Both the position numbers and the translations under genes were made by a program. Positions 35,166 to 48,888 of a stretch of 50,280 bases of DNA are shown piece after piece. The DNA is from Nemertoderma westbladi (Eukaryota > Animalia > Xenacoelomorpha). Below the pieces are notes generated by a model. It ran no database searches. It was not told the DNA's origin and saw only the letters and a list, made by a program, of their open reading frames with translations. The stretch spans positions 1 through 50,280 of the forward strand of contig JAUCBJ010005588.1 in assembly GCA_032718475.1 (NCBI GenBank), written 5' to 3'. The number at the start of each line of letters is the position of its first letter. Within the stretch, counting starts at the first letter, position 1.

Positions 35166-37091
35166 GAAATGTGGGGAAACTGGTTGTTGTTCTTTTTATC
35201 TATATTTAATATTATTTTCAATTTTAATTGGTACCCAATATCATGGCGAGATAGTAAACTTATTATTATATTTAAATCAGGTTGCCGAATGTTATGCGGC
35301 AATTACAGGGGCATATCGATTATGACAACGTTAGCGAAAGTATATGATCTAATGTTAAATGCAAGAATTATGCGTTGGTGTAACATTGATAAATGTCAGG
35401 CTGGTGGACAGCCAGGCCGTGGCTGTACAGAAAATATTGTTACTCTACGATTAATAATCGATTATGCCCTTTTTAAGTCGGAAAAACTTTATGTCATTTT
35501 CATTGACTTTAGTAAGGCATACGACCGAATCCCAAGAGATTTGCTTTTGGAACATTTAAAATCACTAGGTTGTGGTAAGATTATGCTATTGGCCTTAAAA
35601 GCGGCCTATATTTGTACCAAAAATATACTGAAAAATGCAATAATTATTACATTAATAGGAGTGCGTCAGGGGGCTCCGACTAGCAGTACACTTTTCTGTA
35701 TATATATAGATAGAATGGTAGCCATGATTAAATCCGCCGTTGCTCGTGATGGATTTTTAGGTTCACTTCATGTTTTATTATTGATGGATGATACCGTCAT
35801 TTTTGCAACTACCCGTGCAAATGCAATTTTGAAACTGCAAGCTCTTAACAACTTCTGTAAATTGTCTGGCATGTTGGTTAATGAAAAAAAGACCAAATTC
35901 TTTGTAATAAACGGTGAAAAACGAGACAAAATTGCGTTTCAGAATATAATTGAAAATGTTACAGTACAACACTGTTCTAGTTACTTATATTTAGGAGTAT
36001 ATTTTACATCAGAGGGAAATGTTAATACTAGCCTCGCTTTGCAACAAAAAAAGTGGGAAGAATCTGCAAACAAATTTGCCATATTTTGTGCGGCAAATAC
36101 TAATATGTCTTTTTATATTAAAAAACAAGTCTTCGAAGCTGCGGTTCTTTCTGGCTTACTGTATGGATGTGAAGCCTGGCTAACAAATAATATAAAAGCA
36201 GCTTCGAAGTACTACACTCGTATGGTAAAAACCCTGCTAGGGGTTAGAGTGCAAACGCCTATTGATTTATGTCTTTTAGATATTGGTGCACCAAATCTTG
36301 ATTTTTACATATTACGTGCTAGGAAAAGATTTATTAAAAAAATGTTCAAGGATGTGGATCTGGATATGACTATTCCATTTCACAAAGTCTATCAGATCTG
36401 CAGAGATGCGAATACTCCTGGTTACAAACTTCTTTTGTCGTCTGCTAAATTTAGTGAAAAGTGTGATCCTTCATTGCAAACAGTTACTAAAATTAATAGT
36501 AAACCGGTATCTTCAACGAAATTTATGACATACCGTAGTGAAATAAATAAGATGTTACAACCACATCCTTTGTATAATTGTAGCACTCCATATGTCCCGG
36601 ACTTCTATAGGCTAGCATTCAGTAGACTTCGGTTAATGTCACACCGTTTGGCAGTAGAGACGGGGCGTTGGTCTAGAAAACCCAGAGACATGCGCGTTTG
36701 TCCGTGTGACAATGTCTCTATACAGACCGAAGCTCATGTGCTGCTGCATTGCCGTCTATCCGAATGCCTACGTTTAGAAGCTAGGAAAGTGTTAAATATG
36801 TCGTGCTTAGATGTATTGTTAAACTCTAATGCAGATTACGTAACATTATGTAGATATATATATAACGTTTTGGATATATATGCATGAAATATCGTTTAAT
36901 TACTTCTGTGTATTATTGAATACTATATAATTATATATGATTGAGTATTGGACTATTCTAGAATTTAAACTGGTGACTACTGTGCCCATAATTGAACTTT
37001 AAATTTGTATTTATATTTGTTGATTTGTGTATTATGGTATGTATATTAACTCTACAATAATAGAATTGTCAATAAACAATAATAATAATAA
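35166..37091 (+). mobile_element. 5'-truncated RTEX-like non-LTR retrotransposon
   Basis: AATAAA followed by an (AAT)n tail at ~37071-37091; short TAAG duplication at the junctions. Confidence 0.82.
35169..36887 (+). CDS. Uninterrupted RT + C-terminal CCHC-type domain of the RTEX-like LINE (572 aa, N-truncated)
   Basis: NYRGISI, FIDFSKAYD, GVRQG, LLMDD, YLG, SHRLAVETGRW..RVCPC..TEAHVLLHC. Confidence 0.88.
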   Translation: MWGNWLLFFLSIFNIIFNFNWYPISWRDSKLIIIFKSGCRMLCGNYRGISIMTTLAKVYDLMLNARIMRWCNIDKCQAGGQPGRGCTENIVTLRLIIDYALFKSEKLYVIFIDFSKAYDRIPRDLLLEHLKSLGCGKIMLLALKAAYICTKNILKNAIIITLIGVRQGAPTSSTLFCIYIDRMVAMIKSAVARDGFLGSLHVLLLMDDTVIFATTRANAILKLQALNNFCKLSGMLVNEKKTKFFVINGEKRDKIAFQNIIENVTVQHCSSYLYLGVYFTSEGNVNTSLALQQKKWEESANKFAIFCAANTNMSFYIKKQVFEAAVLSGLLYGCEAWLTNNIKAASKYYTRMVKTLLGVRVQTPIDLCLLDIGAPNLDFYILRARKRFIKKMFKDVDLDMTIPFHKVYQICRDANTPGYKLLLSSAKFSEKCDPSLQTVTKINSKPVSSTKFMTYRSEINKMLQPHPLYNCSTPYVPDFYRLAFSRLRLMSHRLAVETGRWSRKPRDMRVCPCDNVSIQTEAHVLLHCRLSECLRLEARKVLNMSCLDVLLNSNADYVTLCRYIYNVLDIYA

Positions 37092-37568
37092 GACACGGTA
37101 GGTACTAAGCATCGGATCTAGCAGCTCACCATGTAGATACTGGTCATGTGCCAAGTTTTGAGTTAGCCGAAGTCATAGGTAGACAAACCCAGTTACGTAG
37201 GAGAAAAATCTTAGAAAGTCTTAATATCCGATTATTAGGGGACAAAGCTATTAATAAAAGGACATCGTTGGACGTTGACCATTTAAGTGTAGGGGCATTA
37301 CAAAAATATATGAACTAATATTTGTAGTACATTGTGTGTATGTGTGGGTGAATGTGTATTTTATCTTTCTGTGATTGTGCCAATTGTTTGTATTATACTG
37401 TATGTTTAGTACTGTAGTTGTGGTCTCATGTAGTGTTTTTGTATTATAATGCTTTCATGCTATAATATACTTTAAGTTACTGTATGGTGGTTATTTTTCT
37501 TGTCAGTCAGTGTATTGGTTATTTTCAGTATTTTGCAGTATTACAACTTAGGTTAGTACAGGGTTGGG

Positions 37569-38297
37569 TGTAAAAGCTTTTGCGGACAAAATAAGTCATT
37601 TTGAGCAATGCGCTGAAATACTCTAAAGGACTTATAAACTTATGCAACAACGCGTCTGTCCAAACTCAGAGCTGAGATGACGAAATCTACCAGCTGTTTC
37701 TTTGTACGTAGGACTTGTGTTATTTGTTGACATATTTCAGCCAATCAGCGCGATCTCCCTTTACCTGTGCTCTGTAGCCTTTGTAAAATGACGCAGTGCG
37801 GCAAATTTCTCAGAATTCATTCATTCTGATTATCTGGCTGTTCTGATTTCGCCCGGAAACATCAGTGGCTTGAGAGAGTCATAAGAACGCAAATCTATTA
37901 ACGCATCATGTAATTCATACATCAATTCATACCGCAATTCTGAATTCTGATACTGCAACACTGCTGTTGCGCCGCTAACACCGTTTTTTACTGTTTTATA
38001 CTATTATTAGCTGTTGTTATATATTAATGGATGTTATATTTGGAGAATACTGATGAATAACCGTTAAATCCCCCTTAACTTTCTTAATTACTGAGGTAAG
38101 CAGAAAGGTGTATCAGTAGCAATTGTGGCTCAATTTATAGTGGTCTGTATGAATTTAATGCTATTTCATAACCCCAACGTATGTGAATTGCAATACTCCT
38201 TATATAGTATATATGACCTAAATCGGTGACAGTCGGCAGATCAGTGTGTGTTAGTGTGAATATTGGTACAGAAATTGTGTGTGAAGGTTAATAAAGC
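37569..38297 (+). repeat. 5' part of a family LTR that hosts element B
   Basis: TGTAAAAGC start; colinear with the solo LTR up to ..aaggttaataaagc; resumes at 50144. Confidence 0.88.
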
Positions 38298-39419
38298 TGT
38301 AAAAGCTTCTGTGGGATATAACTGGCCCTTTTGCTTCGCAATCCAGTTTCCCCCCTGGCGCTGAAATACTCTAAAAGGCTCTCTAACTATATACATATAT
38401 TCCCCTCGCCCGCAAGGTACCGTTATAGGTGTTTTAACGGACATAAAAGTCATTCTTCTATATATGTGTTTTGGCGGACATGGTAAGGCAAAAAACCCGC
38501 AATGTACCAAATACCTTTACACAGCTTAGCCGTGATGATTCATATTACGACATCTAACAGCTGGTTGCTGACATGGAAACAGCCATTGGACACATGGTTC
38601 TTTGTTTAGCTTAAGCCAATCAGAGCGATTTTTTCTGTCGATGTGGAGCTTTTCGGCCGATCATACTAGGAGTGTTCAGTCTTACTGTTTTTTCTTGATA
38701 CTTTGTGTTGTTTGTATCTAGGCCAGGAACACCGGCTCTAGAGTCAATTCGTTTTCATACTTTAGAAGAAACATTAGTAGGCTTAAGATTATAGAGCGTA
38801 TAACTGTTATCGACTCAATCAGCACATACATTCATATCATATCTTAACCTACCGTGTTAATGCTTTTACTGTTGTCATATTTTGTATTAGTTGGTCGAAT
38901 ATTATTTGGAGAACATATATAAAGAACCCAAATTTCCCAATTTTCTTGATACACTACAGGTTAGAGAGACGGGTTATATATAGCGATTGCGACTTATATT
39001 ATTGTGGTTTGTAGTGAATTTAATGCTATTTGATAAGCACTACATGAATCCGTTGCTGTTCTCTTTATATATGATAAAATTCATTGACGGTCGGCAAATT
39101 AGTGAGCAGTATTGTGTGTTACCGGTAGTGTGCATGATTGTGACTGATAACTAAGCATTTCCTAAAGAATGCGCCTCATACGTGAATCATAAGCCTTACC
39201 GACTTACCGTTGTGATTAATATAAGTCATATCTCTGTTTACTTAGATAGAGCGCCACGTCCTAAAGGAACTGTTAATATTTTCCCGAAAGTAAATAATAT
39301 TAGTCAGAAATTTATTAACGATCAATCGAATAATACAATACAGTAAGCTTACACTGCAATAATAATCTAAGCCCTCAGAATCCAGTCTCCCGGGTATATC
39401 CAGCGGGTGAATGGACGCG
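38298..39419 (+). repeat. 5' LTR of B, 3'-truncated (U5 end, PBS and start of the leader deleted)
   Basis: Identity to the 3' LTR stops at ..gaatggacgcg. Similarity to A's leader (~1400) resumes at ~39490. Confidence 0.88.
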
Positions 39420-41587
39420 TCTTGGTAGGCGAATGGTAGGTCTTAGTATTTAATCAGGGACGGCCGCCCTGGTTTTTTATTGAGATTTTACTTATTTCTG
39501 TCGATTTTATTTACATGTAAGTTAATATTGAGCTGAAGACGTGTAAGTCTGCTCAGATTGTTCAGATAATTGTAGGCCGGACTGTTGTCGGATTGTTGTT
39601 GGGTTTGGAGAGATTACGGCGTGTGTAGAGTTTGTCCGATAGAGTGCCAGTTAGTAAGTTGGGGCAGCCATAGCTGTAAGGTCAATCCCCTCTTAAAGAA
39701 TAAGTCGTACTACCGTGTTAGAACGCATACTAACTAACCATTTTGGAATCTGCACATACTGTAGTTTATTTAGGCTTGACAGTATTCTGCCAACGTTTTG
39801 GCCTGTGTTTGTTTGTGTGGTCTGTTCAGGTACCGTAATAGTTATTACTCAGATATTTTGTAGGCTGGATCGTTGTCTAGCTATTATTAGGTCTGAAGAG
39901 ATTGCTGCGTGTGTAGAGTTTGTCTGATAAAGTGCCAGTTAGTAAGTTGGGGCAGCCATAGCTGTAAGGTCAATCCCCTCTTAAAGAATAAGTCGTACTA
40001 CCGTGTTAGAACGCATACTAACTAACCATTTCGGAATCTGCACATACTGTAGTTTATTTAGGCTTGGTGGTAGTCTGCCAGCGTTTGGTTTGTATTTTGT
40101 TTGAGTATTCTGTACGGGTAGTGTAATATTTATTATTCAGAGTTTATGCGATTATTCGCAACATTCATGTCCCCAAGTTTATTCCTACAGTAATTGTGTT
40201 TGTTACACATACCGTTATAGTTAAATTAACCCCGGTACTAAACGGGCTGCTTGGCGTAGGAAAAGACTGGTGACTTTGTGCTTCGGTCACTCCAGCAGAT
40301 GCTGTGGTTCTTTTAACTGTTCAAGTATATTTAACTACTGATTATTTGTTGTACCAGTACTTGTACCTAATTTAGGGTTTAGTGTACAGTGCTTTCCGAA
40401 GTAATTAGTGTGTAGGCAGTATATTTGTGTTGTAAAGTGGTTAATAGGCACGTTGGATCTGGTAGTCCGCGGTAATTAACTTCCAGGTAGGAACACTCCG
40501 TGATACATAACGTAGTACCTATAGCGATACGGCTATAGGTCGTCAGGCGGTGGTATTTTTCCTATCTGGACAACGCAGTATATTGACTACTGCTTTATTA
40601 TTTTCAAATACCGTAGTACCCTGTCCGTTGTAATAACCAGAATTCTAACCCTTTGTTAGGCTGGTTTGTAGACTTCCTGTAAAATTACCCTAAAATGTCA
40701 TACGTAATATTTTGTTGTGTTTTAATTAGAGAATTAATCTCACCCGTATCGTACGTAATTTGTAGTATTAAGTAACTTAGGTAAATTAGAATTATCTGTT
40801 TTAGTGTCCAATAAGTAGCACTCCACTGAGAGCGTACAGCTTCTGTGTAGTGACTCCCCCCAGAAATAATAACATTTATTTCAAATATTGATAAAACCCA
40901 TTTTAAACGGGTATATATATATTATAAATCAACTCAAACGATTTATAAATAGTAGGCCTGCCATACAACAACTAGGTCTCCATATCAGTTGGACTACTGC
41001 TTAAATAACGGTAATAAAGTAAGTAAAGTAACCAAGTAACCCCTAACATTCAGAAATTCAATTATTTTAAAATAATTGACATACCGGTATTTACAATAGG
41101 CTTATTATATTTATTCTATAAATTTAGGCTGAAATCATACCGGTACTCTGTAATTAATTCTAGTCCAGAATTATACTTATATACTATAAGTGTAAGCTGC
41201 ATACCGGTATTCACGATAGGCCTATTATATATTTATATATATTTGTGCCAAAATTATATACCTGTATTCTGTGATAATTCTAGTCTGTAATAATTATACT
41301 TATATATACTATAAGTGTCAGCTGTATACTGGTATTCACGATAGGCCTATTATATATTTATATATATTTGTGTTAAAATTATATACCGGTACTCTGTGAC
41401 AAATCTAGTCTGTAATAATACTTATATATATACTTTAAGCATACCGGTATTCTAATATATTATATATATATCACGCTACACTGAGTAGCAGTATCGGTAA
41501 TTAATTATTAGGCTAACAGTGATACTGAATTACTAGACTTGCTTTAACTGTATTTATAGCCGTAGGCATTCAACTGTGTAAACAAAC

Positions 41588-44500
41588 ATGTCAGACACAA
41601 CCCAATCACTGTCGGATAGTCTCTTAGAAAGTGTTAGAATGACTGTTAGACAGTGTCTTAAAAAGATCAGTGACCCAGATTCAAGTATAGAACATCCTAG
41701 ATCCAAGTCTAAGTCACCTACTATTGTAAAAAAGGCCATCCCTACAGTAGTAGTGTCAGACCCTAGGCTAGTAGAACAACGTAGGTCTATCATCGGCACT
41801 CGGGCCCAAGTCAAGCGGGATCAAGAAGCAGCTATCAAACAGCAGCCACCTCCTAGCCAAGAACATAGTTCTCAGCGGCCCGATAGCTCCAGTAGTTCGG
41901 ATACTGTTGATCGGACGCCCGAACGCGGAGCGAAGATGGCGGATACGGTTTATGATGAGCGGCCAACCTATGAAGAATCAGCCGACGCCACTTCTTCTCA
42001 AGTGGAAAGCGAAGTGGAAAGCGAATTAACAGCAGCAGAGAAGCCGCGAACTAGAGACGCCATTGACATCTATCCGTCAGACTATCAGCGATTCCTAGGA
42101 GACGAAGAGTTGAGGAGACGACTGTCTGGACTTCGCCCTAATAGTGAAGGAACCAAGCTTGTGTTGGACGCAATCGATGCGGAAATGTTAGCTGCGAACC
42201 AAGCTAAATTTGATGAACGACTCCGCCTCGTTAGAGTCCAAGAAGAACAAATAAAGAAAAAACAGATAGAGGACCAAAAGGCAGCAGCAGTAGCAGCGGC
42301 AATGGCAGAAGCAGAAGTGGAAAGAAAGGCGGCAGCGGCAAAAGCAGAAGTGGAAAGAAAGGCGGCAGCGGCAAAAGCAGAAGTGGAAAGAAAGGCGGCA
42401 GCGACAAAAGCAGAAGTGGAAAGAAAGGCGCAACTTTCGCAAAATTTTCCAACTGGAGTTGGAAAATCTGCAAGAGACGCAGGACAACATAAATAAACGG
42501 TTAACTGCTAGTCAAATGCAGATGAGGAGTCGATCTACTCCCAAGCGCCAAGGATACACATCATCGGAGGAAGGCGAGACCACCGATCCTGAAGGCGGAG
42601 GAAATAGATCTCGTCTAAGCAGGCGTAGAAAAACATCTCACCGTCACAAATTGCCTGATTTGCCCCCAGCGGTTAGAAGACAACTAGCTAGCACAGACTT
42701 AAGTAGTATAGAACCTACAGACCAAATTATTAAGGTCAAAAGACTCCCTACTATAGTTGATGAGCCTGAAATAATTAGGCCTGTCGTTCCCAAAGCCACT
42801 CCTGTGCTGGAGACCCCTGTACTTCCAGAGCTTAACTCTAAATTCCCTTTACACAGTACTACACTGCCTGTACCCGGTAGAACAGTCCATGAGAATATCC
42901 CTGTCCTGATAGCAGAGAGAGAAATCAAAGATTTGTCTCCCGTCGTCCAGCGTCGGCCCGCTACAATGTTGGCGACTCCCGCTTCGGCGGTCGAGTGGGT
43001 AGAGGAGGGACGGCGGGGGATGAACCTCCTGCTCGGACAGATGCAGGAGACTGTCCACCAACTTAAGGGAACAGTAAGGGAAGGTAGGGCAGAGTTGCAA
43101 GAAGTGCAGCAAAGTATCGCGCTAGAACGCGACAAATTAGTCAACATCCAAAAGGGTATACCCATACCCCCTGTAAAATTGTGTCAACCTGTTAGGTCTG
43201 AAGTATTACATGCGCAAGGTGTGGAGCCTACACGCATCTATACTGCTAGTGAAGTAGAAACTCCTATAGCAAACCCTATTAAGGGTGATTATAGACCTGT
43301 TGTTAATGATGTTCCCTATAGACCTGATAATGATCCGAGAAATTTATATACCGATAATTCGATATTAAATAACACGATGGCCCAAGAAAGCTTTACGCGT
43401 CAGATGGCTAGAACAGAAGCCCGCCAAGCGGTCAAAGTGGGAGAGATCGTCAAATTCAATGGAGATGAGATGAAATGGTTACCTTTCAACGAATATTACA
43501 AAGACAGCATACAGAACTCTGTGCTATCTAACGGAGAGAAACTTAGGTTCCTCATCAAGTGCTTGGAAGGACCTCCCAAGTTAATGGCGTTAAAGTTTAT
43601 TGGACATCCAGAAGGATTAAGACAAGTTTGGGATACATTAAACATCAGGTATGGTAACAAGGATAACATAGCTAAGTATTTGTATGCAAAATTAGTAGCC
43701 CCCCGAAACTTCCTTAGTAGCGGTTTTATAGAGTTTTCCGATGAGATTCAGGAGATCTGTAGACAATTGGACTGGTTAGGTAAGTCTCATGAATATCAGA
43801 GTTCCATGGTTATTGGAGCCGTAGTCTCTACTTTACCCAAGGGTGGAGTATGTACACGCTGGGACAAGAAAGTGTTGTACATGAATGAACAACAACGACG
43901 AAGCCCTACCATGGCTGATCTCATGTCCTTCTTAGATAGTGAAGTAAAATTACAACTCATAAAGCAGTCCAGAGAGAAAACATCGGAAAATAAGGTAAGT
44001 GAGAAACCCATTTCTAGGAGAAGGATAATACCAGTGTGTTATACTGACGACGGCAAAAGCCAAGCTTCTCAAGAAGAGGACAGCGGGAAAGACACAGCAA
44101 AATCTTACTATGACAACAAGACCTATAAAGACGTAAGTAAATACAAGTCTCGAACCAGTGACAGGAGAGAACAGGTAACAACAACTCCTCCTACGTCTCC
44201 TAAGAGAATTCACGGAAGAAAGCCCGAAGAAAGAACGAGAGTGCATAACGTTACCCAAGGTAAGGTGAGTAACATCAAACCAAAATGTGCGCTGTGCGAC
44301 GGGCCCCACCGTTTGAGTGCGTGTGCTGAATTTCTAAAGAAATCCCTTGTAGACAGACGTACAGTCCTGTGGAATAAGCGGTTATGCTATAATTGCCTCA
44401 GATCAGGACACCAACGGCGAACCTGTTACTCCGACGTAAAGTGTGCAAAGTGTGGCGCGAAACATCACATCTTGTTACACAGTGAGTTCGAACGAGACAA

Positions 44501-45720
44501 CCCGAGTCAGGTAAGTGAGCCCGAACTACATGTCCAATTCAGTGATGTAAATGACACTGATCAAGAATCTGAGATGGAAGGATTCTATACGGACGAATTC
44601 TCCGACGCCAACGAATCCTGTTACCTAATAAATACTGCAGTGTATCGAGCACTTACTTACGAAAAGGACACCGACAATGAGTTCCCCCCAACTACCTTTG
44701 ACAGACAACCATCTTGGAAACCTCCAACTTCCAACGTAGGAATCAGAGAATTTCCTGTAGTGCAGGTAAGAGTTCACGGTCCCAACAAAAGTTACATAGT
44801 GAACGCCCTCCTTGACTCCGGCAGCATAGGAACATTCATCGATCAAGAACTAGCCGAAGATATCTTTGCTGGACAACCCAAATTCCGGACTAAATTGAAT
44901 ATGTCAGGAATTATGCAGGTTTGGAAATCTACCCTAACGGCAGATTACTATGTAGGTGTATTGTCCACCCCCCCAGGATAAATTAGGAGCACAAGGTATA
45001 AGGTCGGTAAAAATGGTGGCTATAAAGAACTTCGCTACTACTCAGGCAGACCTTTATAATTGGGACGAGGATGAGAGCATCCAACATCTTAAGATACCTT
45101 GATTCCAGACAGATTATCCTGGAGTGCAAATACTCATCGGCCAAAACGCGCATGAGGCGCTCGAGACATTGGAGAAACGGCCTGCTCAACCACAGCCACT
45201 ACAAACCTATGCGGTAAGAACTAGAGTAGGTTGGTACTTCACTGGCCCTTCCCGTAGAACTCTCAAAGAGAGATTACCTCAACAACAGGTATACCAAGTA
45301 AAGGAATGGGAAATGGAGAGCAGTGAGGTGGACGAACTAGCTGAGGGAACACCATACTCCTCAGATAATGACGATATTAACTCCAATGTAGATCAATGGA
45401 GACATTGCCTTGGGACGATTAATCCAGCCGACATCGCTTCCAGAGGAGCAACTCCTCAAGAACTGATAGATACTCCAGACTGGTTAGGTGGATCCGACTT
45501 CTTAAGTAAAGAAGAAGAAGAATGGCCTCCTCATCTTACTACGGCGGAGGTTAGACAGGCCAAGGGAGCGGAGAAAGTAACACAACAACTCAATCGCCCA
45601 GCTGGTCATTTACGTTTACTGGAAAGAGACCGAAAACTGTCCGGAAACTATGGAAGGCAAGATACTCTTCCTACGACCACTTCCCTAATCCGACAAATAT
45701 CTAGGGACTCCATAACGTAA
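41588..45720 (+). pseudogene. gag: Gag-protease ORF of B with one frameshift (~42430-42460) and one stop (44979-44981)
   Basis: ORF pieces 41588-42496, 42459-44981 and 45124-45720 are colinear with the 1673-aa ORF of A. Same RT/IN-less junction (..SSDND.I.SN.DQWRHC..NPADIASRG). Confidence 0.9.
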
Positions 45721-46729
45721 TAATATATGGAGTGGGCTTGTGACTATATCATTTTATATTTGTTTTTATTTTATATTTATGTATGTATTATTATGTAATT
45801 TTATTATAATCGTTTTCTTTAATTTTATTTAGTAGAATGTTATTTTTAGTGATTATTTAGTAGATTAGTGCAATATATTAGTGTTTATTACGTACGTAAT
45901 TACTTATAATATATACATAGTGACGGCGAGAAATAATTTTTTCTCTTTCCTTACTGTCCGTATCATATTATAAATACGTGACTACAGTAAGATGAAATGT
46001 CCGTACTTATTAAAGTACAATAAAGCCCCTACTATATTTAAGTATTATTGGTAGGCAGAGTATTAGGAATGCAAAGTTCAGATCCTCGTGTCTCGGCTAA
46101 ACCAAGCTCTGGGTAGATCTTGGAAACGACTTGCCTCTTCACACTGACATTGCTTCGTGCGATATTGCTCTTCTACCTTATATTAAATAATACATATAGT
46201 AGCGTGATGTCCCTCTAACAGTAGCGTAAAACGCAAATAAATCTGTTAAACTTTTTGACCATCTGTAATTCTAGTCGATTAAGATATCGCGGCACCCACC
46301 GATATACTTGAAAGACAAATTCTAGAATCAGTGGTTAACGTCCCCAGACAAGTTCTGGAATAAATCGGTGCCCATCTTAAATATTAATTTAATATTTAGT
46401 AAAATCTGTAAAATTCAGATCCGTTAACAATTCTAGTCGATTAAGATATCGTAGCACTTACCGATAATCTTAAAAGACAATTTCATAGAATTAAGGATCC
46501 TATGTCCCCAGACCTGCTCTGGAATAAAAATTGTGTCAATTTTAACATCAAATAATAAAATTCACGGGAATAGATTTAAATTCATATTTTAAATGAATTT
46601 CATAAATTGTCATTTTGTGCAATTTATAACATTCCCAAAATTCCATTAATTAATAGATCATGGGAGCGGAGATTCATCCTATTGAGTGTATTGGCGTGCG
46701 AGAATCTCCGACATATAGTCAATAGCCGA

Positions 46730-47320
46730 TAAAATTAATAAAATCATGCATAAAGAGGATATTGACAATTAAAGAATTATTATTATTTAGCATCCCAGAT
46801 CTGTATGCATGAGAATTACCCTAATTCTACCGCTAGCATTCCATAATGTCACCATAGCAACACCCACGCTAGAATTAGAAGCGAGTTAAAAGAACAATAG
46901 AAAGCTTGTCCCATTGCCTAGCATAGAGAATACCTAGCACACTGTTAGTATCCAAGGATACACAGTAATAACGTGACATTCTGGAAGGCACTGACTAACG
47001 GACAAATGGCACAATTATGTATGTATGTATGTGTACAATTGGTGACAGTTGTGTGGAATTTGTGCGTTTATAGGTGAATGTTACTGCTAAAGTATGTTTA
47101 CAGTAGCTAGTCGCAATTGTGAAAGTAGCCCAACTCTCCTATAGAAAGAACCTAAGTGGATCCAAGCCTTTGGGACGGACAGTGGAGTGACTTGTGCCGG
47201 TTATCGTTGTCGTGCTGTTGCTACATGTTGGCGTAAACACCGCGACGACGGTACATCGGCGCTGAGAATCCCACTGTCCGGGGGCAAAGAGAAGTAGGCA
47301 GCGACGCCCGCTCGCCTAAA
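46730..47320 (+). ncRNA. Conserved structured RNA element upstream of ORF2 (copy B)
   Basis: Hairpin 47194-47262 enclosed by a perfect CGGACAGTGG/CCACTGTCCG stem; small hairpin taggcagcg..cgct.gccta. Confidence 0.6.
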
Positions 47321-47360
47321 CATAAACTCATTCCGATATTAATAAACTCAGATAGCAGAT

Positions 47361-48810
47361 ATGACGGAGTTGATAGAAGATGATCTTGGTATCAGGGAGC
47401 GATATACTCTACCTTTACAAGCATTTGTGGATAGCTTGATACGCGGTGAAACCGATCCAACCATTACGGAGGACGATGGTCGTTATATCGAACCGCCGAT
47501 GTCCCAAGAGCAACTTACGCGTGAATTGGACTATCGAAAATTCACCGCTCGCTATACGCATCGTAATAGTACGTATATGGACTTCCTAACTACCGGCCAT
47601 CCTATCGATTTACATGATACGGACGATGTAGACACCGAAAGGGAAATGGTTCTATTTAAATATCATACCCAGTGGAGTCGTAACGATAAACCGAGAATAG
47701 ATCACGAAAATTCTATTCGTAACAGACTGGGAAGACGAACCAATATGCCTAGAATATGAGGAGATTCAGCCTATCGCGCCCCGGAACAGCGACAACGATT
47801 ACATCATAGAATGGTATCAAGGTCCACAGTGTCTCACTGCGTACAATTATCGCCATGCCAACTATGTTTCTCGGCAACGTTGTCGGTTATGCGCATCGAG
47901 AGACCATGTTACGCCCATGGACACCAATGTCCGCTGTGCCTATTTCCAAGAACAACCGACTATGGAAATTTATTGCGCATATTGCAGACTCAATAACTTG
48001 CATATCTTTGCGGTTTGCCCTCAATTTATGACTCAATGTCACCATTGTCAACTAAAGGGACATGCCAGTTTCGATTGCCCTTTTAATCACGATTTGGAAA
48101 GCGTAGATGAAATGATCACACTACGTTACATCCGAGCTTGGGAAGCGAACGCTGATTTACACTGTGATTCGCGCCATCGCTATTATCCCGGACGCGCTTA
48201 CGAAGGAGTTTATGCGTTCCATCCTTATCTATTCGCTTCGGTTGAACAGAAATCACGCATATCAAGTTACGAGCTACTGAAGCGCGTCGGAGAATGTATT
48301 TCAACCAAATTCGTGCGTAAATTTCTCAGGAGTGTTAATCCTAGCGACCTTCATTCCTATAACTTAATCAATTATATCCGTCAGGATCCGGACTATGGAG
48401 ACTTGTTTGTTAACTCACACCCCGAGTTACAGGAAGTATATCGACGGCCTTACGAATACCGAGCCCGCGAACGCGAGTTGGAAAGAACCATTAAACCCCG
48501 AAGGTTTCTAACTGCCTATGGTCCACCCACAGCCCTCGTTCAGACCACTCGTAGGGGACCCGTAAGAGCGGCTGTCTTGAAACGAGCTCTCAAAGCCATT
48601 AGACCCCTCTCACCTGACGTTGATGTCAATCAACCTGGTATTTCGACTGGCGGATACACCGACCATAATCCTACACCCTCTGATGCAATCATATTGCACC
48701 CTTCACCCAGGAGTTATAGCCCTCCTTGTAAAGTGGCTCGCCCCAAAGAGAAAAGGACTCTGGCTAGCTTTAAAAAACTGCGTAAACGCCGTCCGCGCAA
48801 GAAAGACTAA
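47361..48810 (+). CDS. Second ORF of B: ~480-aa protein with three Cys/His zinc-knuckle-like motifs and a basic tail; one frame change at ~47735-47760
   Basis: Frame 3 is open 47361-47759 and frame 1 is open 47701-48810: CRLCASRDH..C, CAYCRLNNLH..C, CHHCQLKGHASFDC; ends KKLRKRRPRKKD. Confidence 0.7.
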
Positions 48811-48888
48811 CTGTTTAGAGTATTTACGTATATTAGAAACTGTGATTTTGTATATTTTATAGACTCAAATCCCATTTTCTGGGAGCGG

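Larger units (their letters stand above)
34921..37320 (+). mobile_element. Penelope-like GIY-YIG endonuclease fragment (34921-35165 + 37093-37320) split by an RTEX LINE
   Basis: GVVYRIPCECGLTYIGET..RLTQHDSDVR|HGRY.ASDLAAHHVDTGH..RRKILESLNI..INKR. Confidence 0.82.

Noticed and set aside
47361-48810. Envelope gene
   Set aside because: No signal peptide, furin/fusion motif or transmembrane segment.
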